DNA of 32,000 bases from Candidatus Saccharimonadota bacterium (GTDB lineage: Bacteria > Pseudomonadota > Alphaproteobacteria > CAJXXZ01 > 1604HC). This document shows positions 1-9,355 of the stretch, one piece after another. The first letter of the stretch is position 1. The number at the start of each line of letters is the position of its first letter. Under the pieces are notes generated by a model that was not told the DNA's origin, ran no database searches, and saw nothing but the letters and a program-made list of their open reading frames with translations. Position numbers and translations under genes: made by a program. Where the stretch lies: NCBI RefSeq assembly GCF_008189405.1, contig NZ_CP043316.1:390001-422000 (forward strand). The letters are read 5' to 3'.

Positions 1-1
1 A

Positions 2-1198
2 GCTGCTCAACTATATCAAAAAGCTGCAGAAGAACACCAAAAATATGAAAGCGAGCATTACATTGAAAAACCTCCATTCAAATCTGCTCAATTATATGAG
101 AAAGCTTTTCAATTATATAAGAGTATAGGAATGTATGATGAATATACAAAAATGTATAAAAAAGCTGTGGAACTATATGAAAAAGCAAAGCAACATGAAA
201 AAGTTGCAGAGCTATATTTATACAATTCTCAATATGAAAAGGCTGCAGAACAATACATAAAAGCAGGGCAATCAGAAAAAGCTGCAAAGCAATATGAGAA
301 TGCACATAAATGTACAGAAGCTGCAGAGCAATATATAGAAGCAAAGCAACCTTTGAAAGCTGCAGAGTTATATATAAAAGCAAATCGATATGAAAAAGCT
401 GCAGAGCAATATATAGAAGCAAAGCAATATGGAAATACTGCAGATTTATATAAAAAAGCTGCAGATTTATATATAAAAGCAAAGCAATATGAAAAGGCTG
501 CATTGTTTTATGAAAAAGCCGCGGAACAATATATCAAACTTGCACAAGAATATACAAAAATCATACAGTATGAAGAAGGAAATGGAGGACAAAACGCAAC
601 AGATGCTACATATTATTATAGTTGCACCGCAAGTAACTATGAATACTCTGCACAGCAATATGCACATTCTGCACAACAATATACAAATGCACATCAATAT
701 GAAAAAGCTGCTAAACAGTATGAAAAAGCTGCAGAGCAATATGAATGTTATTCGAATGTATATGAAAAAATAGACCTACAACATATTGCTAGTGGTTATT
801 ATAGTAGTAGTGGCTTTAGTGTTGAAAGTTTGAATTATTTTCGAGCACAGGAAGCAGATTCAAATAGAAAGAATAAAAGTGAAGCATTACAGCGCGTACA
901 TGCAAAACAACAATACGCATACGCTGCAAAGCAATATGCAAATATTGCAAAACAGTATGAAAAAACTGCAGAGCAATATATAAGTGTGCATAAATATACA
1001 AAAGCTGCTGAAGAATATGAAAAAGCTGCAGATATTTATAAAGATACTGCACAACGATATAAAATGAATGATATATATGTCAAAGCTGTAAAACAGTATA
1101 GCAATGCAATGGAACAATATAAAAATTCAGGAGAATATGAAAAAGCTGAGAATATGCGAGAGAAAGCCAGTGAAATGGAGAAATTAGCTAAATCATAA
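2..1198 (+). CDS. AAEQY/YEKAA helical-repeat protein (paralog 1), 5' end cut by window edge
   Basis: The frame of listed ORF 131..1198 stays open back to nt 2 (AAQLYQKAAEEHQKYESEHYIEKPPFKSAQLYEKAFQLYKSIG-MYDE...). The same motif occurs upstream of the first Met, so the gene starts outside the window. Stop TAA 1196-1198. A/Y/Q/E/K-rich, with AAxxY recurring every 7 or 13 residues. Confidence 0.75.
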   Translation, partial: AAQLYQKAAEEHQKYESEHYIEKPPFKSAQLYEKAFQLYKSIGMYDEYTKMYKKAVELYEKAKQHEKVAELYLYNSQYEKAAEQYIKAGQSEKAAKQYENAHKCTEAAEQYIEAKQPLKAAELYIKANRYEKAAEQYIEAKQYGNTADLYKKAADLYIKAKQYEKAALFYEKAAEQYIKLAQEYTKIIQYEEGNGGQNATDATYYYSCTASNYEYSAQQYAHSAQQYTNAHQYEKAAKQYEKAAEQYECYSNVYEKIDLQHIASGYYSSSGFSVESLNYFRAQEADSNRKNKSEALQRVHAKQQYAYAAKQYANIAKQYEKTAEQYISVHKYTKAAEEYEKAADIYKDTAQRYKMNDIYVKAVKQYSNAMEQYKNSGEYEKAENMREKASEMEKLAKS

Positions 1199-1490
1199 TA
1201 AAACTATCTAAACCTTAATTCTTTTTAACAAGTTAATCCTAATCTTTAGAGATTCTATAATACTCATATCTAAATATGTAATGCACAAAATCTAGGAGTG
1301 TAATAATTAGCCAAAGAGCTATATAGCGTACTAAACCTTGTAATACACTAAACTAAAAGCTACCTATATTCAAGATATAATACACATGCCAATCAACCTT
1401 ACGTACATATATGAAATTCAGTCTGATTCTACCCGAATTCGTGATTTGCGAATTTTTAAATTGAGTTTATTTTGATATTTTTATAGTTCA

Positions 1491-2696
1491 TTAATTTTCA
1501 GATTTTTCAGCTTCTTTTGCTAATTTCTCTTTCCTTGCTTCTTCTTTTATTGCTGCTCTTTCTAATGCTTTTCTTTCAAGAACTGCTTTTTTACGCTCTT
1601 GCTTCTCAATTTCTGCTTTTTCTAACTTTTCTTTTTCGATTCTATTTTGCTCAATCAACTCTTTTTCCAAAGCTTCTTGATCAATTAATTCTTTTTTCCG
1701 TAATTCAATCAAATAATCATGTACGAAATCCAACATATCGTTAATTCCAAGCTTATCCCAACTTGCAAGGCAAAATACATTCTTATATTTCTGTTTTACC
1801 TTTGCTTTTGCTTCTTCAATTTCTTCTTCGTCAACTAAATCACATTTAGTCAGACAAATACAACTTACTTTTTCTGAAAGCTTAGGATCATACTCATGTA
1901 TTTCAGTCATAATGCATTCAATATCTTGCTCAAAATCTGGACTACTTATATCTGCTAAATGTAATAAAACTTTACATCTTTCAATATGTTGTAAAAATTG
2001 GTGACCAAGGCCCTTCCCTTTATGTGCTCCTTCAATCAAACCAGGAATATCTATAAATGTAATATCTTTATTATGGTGCTTTACATGTGCAAGCTTGGGC
2101 TTAATTGTACTAAAAGGATAATCAGCAATAACAACTGGGGCATTTGAAATAACATGAACAAGTGTGGATTTACCAGCATTTGGCTTTCCAACCACTCCAA
2201 CATCTGCAATCTTTTTCAAAATTAATTTTAATTCTTTCTCTTCACCTTTATCTCCATCAGTTGCAATTCGTGGAGTTTGAAAATTTGGTTTTGCAAATCT
2301 CTTATTACCTAATCCACGCTTTCCACCACGAGCAATCAGAATCTTTTTGTCATTTAAAATTTCACCTAATAAATCTCCACTTTCATCGCCCAAATATATT
2401 TGAGTACCAAATGGAACTTCAATAATTAAATCTTCTCCTGATCTTCCTGTACATAAACAACTAGATCCATCACGACCGTTTTCAGCTTTCCATACTTTTC
2501 TATATCGAAAATCTACTAAAGTACTAAGATTATGGTTTCCTTTGATGTAAATGCTTCCACCACGTCCACCATCACCACCATCAGGACCACCCTGAGGTTC
2601 TCTACTCTCACACCTAAAACTTATACATCCGTTTCCACCATTTCCAGCTTTAACAATAATTCCAATTCTATCTATGTACTGACTCATTAGAATCAT
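1491..2696 (-). CDS. obg: GTPase Obg/CgtA with Lys/Glu-rich C-terminal extension
   Basis: Obg-fold glycine-rich N-domain (IVKAGNGGNGCISFR, GGPDGGDGGRGGSIY). GTPase motifs G1 GKPNAGKST, G3 DIPGLIEGA, G4 TKCD. The true start may be the second Met at 2687 (MSQYIDR...). Confidence 0.93.
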   Translation of the reverse strand: MILMSQYIDRIGIIVKAGNGGNGCISFRCESREPQGGPDGGDGGRGGSIYIKGNHNLSTLVDFRYRKVWKAENGRDGSSCLCTGRSGEDLIIEVPFGTQIYLGDESGDLLGEILNDKKILIARGGKRGLGNKRFAKPNFQTPRIATDGDKGEEKELKLILKKIADVGVVGKPNAGKSTLVHVISNAPVVIADYPFSTIKPKLAHVKHHNKDITFIDIPGLIEGAHKGKGLGHQFLQHIERCKVLLHLADISSPDFEQDIECIMTEIHEYDPKLSEKVSCICLTKCDLVDEEEIEEAKAKVKQKYKNVFCLASWDKLGINDMLDFVHDYLIELRKKELIDQEALEKELIEQNRIEKEKLEKAEIEKQERKKAVLERKALERAAIKEEARKEKLAKEAEKSEN

Positions 2697-2822
2697 TATA
2701 TATTACGATCGATAAATATTATATATGCAATATTATTAATCTCAATGCATCATTTACGTATTAATTAGATACTCATTATATTTATTCTTAAGTTACTTGA
2801 CTTTCCAATATATATAATATAT

Positions 2823-4331
2823 ATGGTAATCATGAGAATGAGTACCATGATTCCCTCAATAGTTTGTTCTATGGCTTTCAGTCTGATTGCTACAAGGGAC
2901 ACAGTTGAACAACAATTGCCTGCTACGGGATTGCCTACAGTACTTACTGAGGAGACCTTACTAACACTTAGTCACAGTTTACAGGATGAGTCTCCCTCAC
3001 CTACTACTGAATCTTCTACCACTATGGTTAAAAATAGCAAAGAAGATCAACATGAACTATCTTACCCTGAAGATTTAACACAAAAGAAAGACTTACACTT
3101 TGAGCAAGTTTCAACTACTTCAGGAGATACAGTTAGTGCAAGTATTTCTTACCATACATGCTCTGCATCCAATGCAAATGATAGACAAAACTCATTGACC
3201 ATCTCGTCATCTTCTCACCATAATGGACCACCTAATAGGAGTGGAGTTGCTATAGGATCTGATTTAGAACATCAAATGCGTAATTATTTATATAGTGAAA
3301 TGCATAAAATAGTAAGTGCAGAATTAGCTGGATCAAAACATGATATTGTGCGCGAATCTATAAATAAAGCAAAGGAAGAAGAGCGTAATAGATGCAACAT
3401 AGAAATTGAGAAACTCAAAAACAAACTCAAACAAATATCAGAAGAGAAAGAGAAGGATGTCAGAAGCATTAGGAGATTGGCAAATCAAAAAACTCAGGCT
3501 ATGAGATGGGAATTATGTATGCATGAAATTCGCAGCTTAATGTCTGATGAGATCATTGCGCGACAATCAATTGATATAGATTATACAATGGAAGCTCAAA
3601 GCACTTTCCAAACTTATAAACATTTTATCACAAGAATTCAAATGGATTGTTTACTTAATCAGCATGAGCATGAGCTTACCAAACTAAAGAATGAGCATAC
3701 ACAAGAACTTTCAGAAGCACTTAATGATAAAAATCAAGCAGTACTTGCAAAAGAATCATCTGTAAATTATGAACAAGCAAAGCAAAAACTATTACAAGGT
3801 GCATTAGACTTAGCTGAGCAAAAAGTGCAAGAACAAGCTGACCAAATCAATGAAACACAAAGTCAATTAATCAAAAGTTTAACTATTAAAAAAGCTCAAT
3901 TTAATTTATATGCTAATGTTTATATAGGTAATAGATACGTATCTAGTACAACATTTACAAGAAATGTTCCATTAGTAGAAGTAGGCCAAGAATTACCTGC
4001 TACAATTAACATAAGTAAAATGAGTGTGGTTCGAATGCATGTAGAAAAAGAAGCAGGTGATTGTATACAATTTTTCTTTTCCAAAGGAGAAGAGTGTTGC
4101 ACCGGAAAGGATTTTGCTTGTGATCTCTCTGGATATGCTAGTTCTTTTAATCCAAGAGTAACTCCAATGATAAATGGAAGGTTAGAACATGATACCGTTC
4201 ATTTTTACATGAATACATCAAGTGATGCGGTACTTAGGAATGAAAATCCTCGATTATTTAAATTTAAATTTGATTATGATAAGGTAATTCATGTTTTAAA
4301 TGTACAAAAAAACAGCAATTCAGGTGGTTAA
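2823..4331 (+). CDS. hypothetical protein: hydrophobic N-terminus, Ser/Thr-rich segment, long coiled coil, Cys-containing C-terminal domain
   Basis: 502-codon ORF with no competing ORF. Several in-frame Met at the start (MVIMRMSTM). Hydrophobic stretch IPSIVCSMAFSLIA. Heptad-like K/E/Q-rich middle. No family motif recognised. Confidence 0.6.
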   Translation: MVIMRMSTMIPSIVCSMAFSLIATRDTVEQQLPATGLPTVLTEETLLTLSHSLQDESPSPTTESSTTMVKNSKEDQHELSYPEDLTQKKDLHFEQVSTTSGDTVSASISYHTCSASNANDRQNSLTISSSSHHNGPPNRSGVAIGSDLEHQMRNYLYSEMHKIVSAELAGSKHDIVRESINKAKEEERNRCNIEIEKLKNKLKQISEEKEKDVRSIRRLANQKTQAMRWELCMHEIRSLMSDEIIARQSIDIDYTMEAQSTFQTYKHFITRIQMDCLLNQHEHELTKLKNEHTQELSEALNDKNQAVLAKESSVNYEQAKQKLLQGALDLAEQKVQEQADQINETQSQLIKSLTIKKAQFNLYANVYIGNRYVSSTTFTRNVPLVEVGQELPATINISKMSVVRMHVEKEAGDCIQFFFSKGEECCTGKDFACDLSGYASSFNPRVTPMINGRLEHDTVHFYMNTSSDAVLRNENPRLFKFKFDYDKVIHVLNVQKNSNSGG

Positions 4332-4427
4332 TAATATATTCTCTTAATTCACCGCTATAGTTTCATATATAGTCGGTATATACATGCCAGAGATTTCCTG
4401 ATCCTCAATTTATATACACATAATTTT

Positions 4428-4457
4428 TTGCATATACTATGTGATTTAGGGTACAAT
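4428..4457 (+). promoter_or_regulatory. candidate sigma70-type promoter for comEC-hinT
   Basis: TTGCAT (4428-4433), 18-nt spacer, TACAAT (4452-4457), 15 nt upstream of ATG 4473. Such matches are frequent by chance in AT-rich DNA. Confidence 0.3.
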
Positions 4458-4472
4458 CAGTAAGAGAAAGCT

Positions 4473-6449
4473 ATGTGGATTTTGAAAAATATTGTTACAC
4501 CTAAAATTCCAATTCATCATTATCCGCTTTTTTGGCTGTTAATAGGTAAAATTATTGGAATAGGAACATATCTAATATGCCCTACCCCAACATTACTATT
4601 CCTTATAATTCCCATAGGATTACTATATTTTGTAAGAAAAAACATTACCATATTTCTTATGTTTGGACTGATTTTAGGGTTTGCACGAATTAGTCATAAA
4701 ATATATTCATTAAAGTATGACAAACCAACCTTTACGTATTTTGATGGCATAATCCATAAAATATACCGTAATAATGACAGATGTAGTGTATTAGTAAAGC
4801 TGAATGATTCTAAAAATTTCATAAGGATTAAATTAGATAATGATCAGGACTTACATCAAAATAATAATGATTTATATCAAGCTGGAATTATTAATGAGCA
4901 AACTAGCAATCCTAATTCATATCAAAATTTAAATTCATATAAAACGAGCAAGCAGCATGATAAGCATAATTATCATAGTAATTGCATAAATCAATCCCAT
5001 AGCGTCTACAGTTCTACAAATAATAATGAAGATTATAATAGAAGTTTGAAACATCATGAAACTTACAATGAAAATTTACAAATTAATAATTATATTTCTG
5101 GGCATGTACAATTATATGGAATCCCTGAACCATGTTTGCCAGAAGCAAAAGATATTCGATATAAAGAATATTTTTCCAGAGTGATATCTTACGGCAATAC
5201 AAAATCATATAAAATCATATCATCTAAGAGCTACCTTTTCTCTGAGAAAATAAGCAAATACATAAAAGCAAATTTCAAACCAATTGAAGCATCATTATTT
5301 AAATCATTATTATTAGGGCAAAGCAATGAAGTGCCTTATAAAACCAAACAGGCATTTCAAAATGCCAGTATTTCACATTTATTAGCAATTTCTGGGCTGC
5401 ATATTGGATTGATTGCATTGTTTTGCTATGCATTATGTAGGTGGGGAATATACTTTTTTATCTTTAAGCACTATAAAATTCCTATCATATATATCAGCCA
5501 ATTATTTTCTGTTATAGGAATAATATCTTATTTATTTTTAATTGAAACATCAATATCTGCAATCAGAGCAATTATAATGTTTTTATTCCCAATTATGTCA
5601 TATTTTTCTTTCCGCAAAACATTACCATCTCATGGGCTTATGTCAGCAATCTTCATACTGCTCATGATTTGGCCTGAATCATTGCTATACCCTAGTTTTC
5701 AATTTTCATGTTTAGCAGTATTTGGATTAATTTCATTTAAATCTACATATAAAAATTATTTTATAAAAATACTATCAAGCACATTAATATGTTTTTTAAT
5801 CACAGCTCCATTCACAATATATTGGTTCAATCAAATACCAATTCAACCATTTCTATCAAATTTAATATGTATTCCTCTAATGTTTATTATTATGTCCTTA
5901 ATTACTTTCTGGGTATTTTTATTCAAATTAAATATTTCATTCATCTTTCTAAACAAAATAATTGCATTACTCCTATATTGGTTAAATAATTTAGCAATAA
6001 TATTTTCTGATTTTTTAAACCATACTATATTGTTTCACCAAATACATTATTCTGCTTTAATTTTCTGGGTAATCAGCTTAATAATCATAGCAAATTATAA
6101 AAATTATGCACAAAAAATTGGATTGGTATTCTTATTGCCATTCTTATTTAATATATATAACAAGCCAAAAAATATGTTTGTGATTTCAAAAAATGGAGAA
6201 GTAGCACTACTACAAAATAGTATTTTATATGCTAAAAATGACAATTTCACCACAAATTGTTGGGCAAAAACATTAGGAGCTAAGCTTTTAGTAGGCACTG
6301 AAATAGATAATCACGTACAAATTAACAAAATAAATGGGAGAGTGAATACAATAAAATTAAGAAATAGGATGTTTTTATCTAGACAAAGTTTCAAGAATTG
6401 CCCTTGTAAGATTATAAATAATAAACCTAATATTAATTATTGGAGTTAA
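4473..6449 (+). CDS. comEC: ComEC/Rec2 DNA-uptake channel protein lacking the C-terminal MBL domain
   Basis: Competence-domain signature FQNASISHLLAISGLHIGL followed by many hydrophobic helices. N-terminal TM helices plus an OB-like segment interrupted by an Asn-rich insert. The last ~100 aa contain no DVGQG, HxHxDH, TGD or HHGS motif. Confidence 0.85.
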   Translation: MWILKNIVTPKIPIHHYPLFWLLIGKIIGIGTYLICPTPTLLFLIIPIGLLYFVRKNITIFLMFGLILGFARISHKIYSLKYDKPTFTYFDGIIHKIYRNNDRCSVLVKLNDSKNFIRIKLDNDQDLHQNNNDLYQAGIINEQTSNPNSYQNLNSYKTSKQHDKHNYHSNCINQSHSVYSSTNNNEDYNRSLKHHETYNENLQINNYISGHVQLYGIPEPCLPEAKDIRYKEYFSRVISYGNTKSYKIISSKSYLFSEKISKYIKANFKPIEASLFKSLLLGQSNEVPYKTKQAFQNASISHLLAISGLHIGLIALFCYALCRWGIYFFIFKHYKIPIIYISQLFSVIGIISYLFLIETSISAIRAIIMFLFPIMSYFSFRKTLPSHGLMSAIFILLMIWPESLLYPSFQFSCLAVFGLISFKSTYKNYFIKILSSTLICFLITAPFTIYWFNQIPIQPFLSNLICIPLMFIIMSLITFWVFLFKLNISFIFLNKIIALLLYWLNNLAIIFSDFLNHTILFHQIHYSALIFWVISLIIIANYKNYAQKIGLVFLLPFLFNIYNKPKNMFVISKNGEVALLQNSILYAKNDNFTTNCWAKTLGAKLLVGTEIDNHVQINKINGRVNTIKLRNRMFLSRQSFKNCPCKIINNKPNINYWS

Positions 6450-6450
6450 T

Positions 6451-6897
6451 ATGAATGAAAAAGATAAAATAAACTCAATATCATATGATGCACATGATAT
6501 ACGTAATAAGCATAATACAAGTAATATATACAGTAATACAAATAATGTGCACAGCAAAAGTATAGACAATACATATAATACAAACAATTTATTTGCAAAA
6601 ATCATTAGAAAGGAAATTCCATCTGAAGTGGTTTATGAAGATGAACATACTTTATCTTTCAAAGATATTAACCCACAAGCTAAAATTCATATTCTTATTA
6701 TACCAAAACAAAGATATTGCAATGTAAGCGATTTGCTTAATGGTAATAAAGAATTTTTAGGAAACTTTATGCTAGGAGTAAGCAAAACAATTCAGAAAGC
6801 AAATCCAGAAAATAAAGATTTTAAGTTATTAACAAATAATGGTACTAATGCTGGCCAAGAAATATTTCATATGCATTTCCATTTACTCATTAATTAA
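6451..6897 (+). CDS. HIT-family (HinT-like) nucleotide hydrolase with Asn-rich N-terminal extension
   Basis: Histidine triad HMHFHLL at the C-terminus and LFAKIIRKEIPSEVVYED at the HIT N-motif. The start is 1 nt after the comEC stop, with GGAG at 6441-6444. Confidence 0.88.
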   Translation: MNEKDKINSISYDAHDIRNKHNTSNIYSNTNNVHSKSIDNTYNTNNLFAKIIRKEIPSEVVYEDEHTLSFKDINPQAKIHILIIPKQRYCNVSDLLNGNKEFLGNFMLGVSKTIQKANPENKDFKLLTNNGTNAGQEIFHMHFHLLIN

Positions 6898-7125
6898 GCT
6901 ATTTCATTAATATTCTAATTAAAAACAAATAAATCATTAATTAGATTTGCCATTGATATATTAATTAATTTTGATTATCTAATGCTAATCTTTATGTTTT
7001 ACAACCCTCATACGCCTTTTATTATATTGCATTGATAATTTTTATATTTTCATGTTTTATCATACATATTACTTACTAAATACATTGATTATTATTAGAT
7101 TGATTGTTATAAATTATTAGGTTTA

Positions 7126-8133
7126 TTATTTGAATTTAATGTGGTCTATTTTATAGTTTGCAATCGCACTTTCATTATATTGTGAAACTATTCCTTTTTT
7201 GTAATATAAGTATCCTGTATATGCAATCATTAGACCATTATCTCTACATAATTTTGGCTCTGGTATGAAAATATTTTTACCATTCTGCTCACATAAATTT
7301 GTAATTTTCTCTCTAATATACAAATTAGAAGCAACTCCACCTGCAAATACCCATGACTTTATATTGTAAGATTTCCATACATTTTCCAGCCTGCTCTCAA
7401 GAGATTTTGCTACTGTTTTTTGCAAACCCATACATATATCACTTTTTGTTTGTTCAGATTTATCACTTTGGTCCCAAAACCTTATTGCTGCTGTTTTCAA
7501 TCCAGAAAAAGAAAAATTCATAGAATCATCATTCTTTAGTGGAATAGTGAATTCTATAGCACTCTTTGATTTTTTTGCATACTCTTCCATATAAGGACCA
7601 GCTGGATTAGGAAAACCCATACACCTCCCTACTTTATCAAACATTTCACCAACAGCATCATCCATAGATGAACCCAAAATTTCGTATTTACTTAATTCAT
7701 TTGCTAGAATTATACATGTGTGCCCTCCAGAAACTAATAATATTCCAAACGGAAATTCTAAGCTGCTATTCCATTTCGCAATTATCGCATGACCTTCTAA
7801 ATGGTGAATACCAATCCATGGAATATTCAAGCTCCATGCTAAACTTTTAGCATATTGCACTCCAACCATAACACTACCTAACAATCCAGGCCCTTGTGTA
7901 GCAGCTATAAAACTCAAATCGTGCAAAGTAACATTATTACGTATGAGAATACTATCAATCAATTTAGGCAAAACATCCATATGCTCTCTTGAAGCATATT
8001 CTGGGACTACCCCACCAAACATTGAGGAATCCTGTGTAATTATCTCATTTGCTAAACATTTCTCATTTTCCATCAGCGCAACAGCAGTATCATCACAGCT
8101 TGTTTCTATTCCCAAGTATAAAACCACGAACAA
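7126..8133 (-). CDS. tsaD: tRNA N6-adenosine threonylcarbamoyltransferase TsaD (Gcp/Kae1 family)
   Basis: GIETSCDDTAVAL N-motif, HHLEGH metal-binding motif, GGVASN near the C-terminus. The start is ambiguous: TTG 8133 or GTG 8127. Confidence 0.92.
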   Translation of the reverse strand: MFVVLYLGIETSCDDTAVALMENEKCLANEIITQDSSMFGGVVPEYASREHMDVLPKLIDSILIRNNVTLHDLSFIAATQGPGLLGSVMVGVQYAKSLAWSLNIPWIGIHHLEGHAIIAKWNSSLEFPFGILLVSGGHTCIILANELSKYEILGSSMDDAVGEMFDKVGRCMGFPNPAGPYMEEYAKKSKSAIEFTIPLKNDDSMNFSFSGLKTAAIRFWDQSDKSEQTKSDICMGLQKTVAKSLESRLENVWKSYNIKSWVFAGGVASNLYIREKITNLCEQNGKNIFIPEPKLCRDNGLMIAYTGYLYYKKGIVSQYNESAIANYKIDHIKFK

Positions 8134-8413
8134 TTATAGTGAAAATTAACAAATTCTTAAAGTAAATATACCAAAATAAAATAGCTAGCTGATAATTAAT
8201 TCGAATTAGAATTAAAATAATAAATATAATAATTAAATAAATATAAGCTTCTTAGCTAATACAAATTAAATAGAATCATTCAATAAATAATATACATAAA
8301 ATAACTAATCAATATTAGTGAAAATTAAAAATATTATGAAATTAAAATTTAATTTTCCAAACTAACCTAATAGCCAAATTAAGATATTATGAAATTGAGA
8401 TTGAAATTAAAAA

Positions 8414-8485
8414 AGCGAGCGAAGGGATTCGAACCCTCGACCCCAACCATGGCAAGGTTATGCTCTACCACTGAGCTACGCCCGC
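8414..8485 (-). tRNA. tRNA-Gly (anticodon GCC)
   Basis: Reverse complement GCGGGCGTAGCTCAGTGGTAGAGCATAACCTTGCCATGGTTGGGGTCGAGGGTTCGAATCCCTTCGCTCGCT folds as a 72-nt cloverleaf. It has a 7-bp acceptor stem, D-arm GCTC/GAGC, anticodon loop TTGCCAT and T-loop TTCGAAT. CCA is not encoded. Confidence 0.93.
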
Positions 8486-8724
8486 TTGTGAATTGATTAT
8501 ACATGACAAAAAAGCTAAAAGTCAAATTCCAACAAACTATTATTTCTAATTTTCAAACCAGTTACTGTTCAACCTTCCCCAAACCTTATTTTACAATCAA
8601 AACAAATGATAAATTGAACATATATATAGATCAGTAAAAACACATAGGTTTAAAAATATGTTTTGTTTATATTAACACCGCATGGAAATGCTTAACAAAT
8701 GCCTAAAAACCACATAAAAAACAC

Positions 8725-8753
8725 TTGCATTCAATTAAGTAAATATGTATAGT
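8725..8753 (+). promoter_or_regulatory. candidate sigma70-type promoter for the 8771 gene
   Basis: TTGCAT (8725-8730), 17-nt spacer, TATAGT (8748-8753). AAGGA lies 7 nt before ATG 8771. Confidence 0.4.
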
Positions 8754-8770
8754 CCAACAAAAGGATTTTT

Positions 8771-9355
8771 ATGTTAAAAAAATTTATAATAATGCTACTT
8801 ATAACAAGTGAATCATACGCTATGGAAAACGAAGAGATGGATATGATGGATGAAATGCCTTATTCTGAGCTTGATAAGTATAGTGAGCATACCGTAAATG
8901 AGGGCTCTGAACATTTAAATGTGTCAAAATCACCTCAGTTAGATTCTCAAATAACAGTGAAGATATTAGATAACGATCAAATATATTATCGTAGTCAAAT
9001 AAAAGAAGATAGAGCTGATGATTTTGCTCATATTACTTATATGCAAAGATCAGAGCTGGCATTGTTACGCAAAATGGAAAATAGCAAATTAAAATTACAA
9101 TTACATGATGAAGATAAGATTAACGAATTACAAAATGAGGTTGCAAATTTAAAGGAAGATAGAGGTAATGATCGAGAAAGTATTAAATCATTATTGTCAA
9201 AGTTGCAAAACAAAGAAGAAAAATCAGAGCAACTAAAACTTGAATTGCAGAACAGGCAAAATGAATTTAATTATCAGATTACAAAATTACAAAATGAAGC
9301 TGCTATTTTACAAAATAGCAAAAATGATGGTCAGAAAAATATCGATAAATTATAA
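8771..9355 (+). CDS. signal-peptide + coiled-coil protein (possible N-terminal fragment of the downstream repeat protein)
   Basis: MLKKFIIMLLITSESYA has a Sec-type n/h/c layout with an SYA cleavage-like site. The C-terminal half is heptad-like (LQNEVANLKEDRGN...KLQNEAAILQN). It ends at a single TAA 9353-9355, after which the same frame stays open. Confidence 0.65.
   Translation: MLKKFIIMLLITSESYAMENEEMDMMDEMPYSELDKYSEHTVNEGSEHLNVSKSPQLDSQITVKILDNDQIYYRSQIKEDRADDFAHITYMQRSELALLRKMENSKLKLQLHDEDKINELQNEVANLKEDRGNDRESIKSLLSKLQNKEEKSEQLKLELQNRQNEFNYQITKLQNEAAILQNSKNDGQKNIDKL

Noticed and set aside
78-1117. Minus-strand and alternative-frame ORFs inside repeat gene 1 (78-503, 467-739, 489-773, 816-1052, 887-1117).
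   Set aside because: These are shadow ORFs produced by the stop-poor GCTGCAGAGCAATAT-type repeat. Their translations are low-complexity L/F/I/C/Y strings, and they overlap a much longer ORF with coherent periodic protein repeats.
1435-1457. Hairpin AATTCG-TGATTTG-CGAATT followed by a few T residues, between the convergent repeat gene and obg. Considered as an intrinsic terminator.
   Set aside because: The stem is only 6 bp and AT-rich, the T-tract is short, and it lies 240 nt from the nearest plus-strand stop. It cannot be distinguished from chance in this composition.
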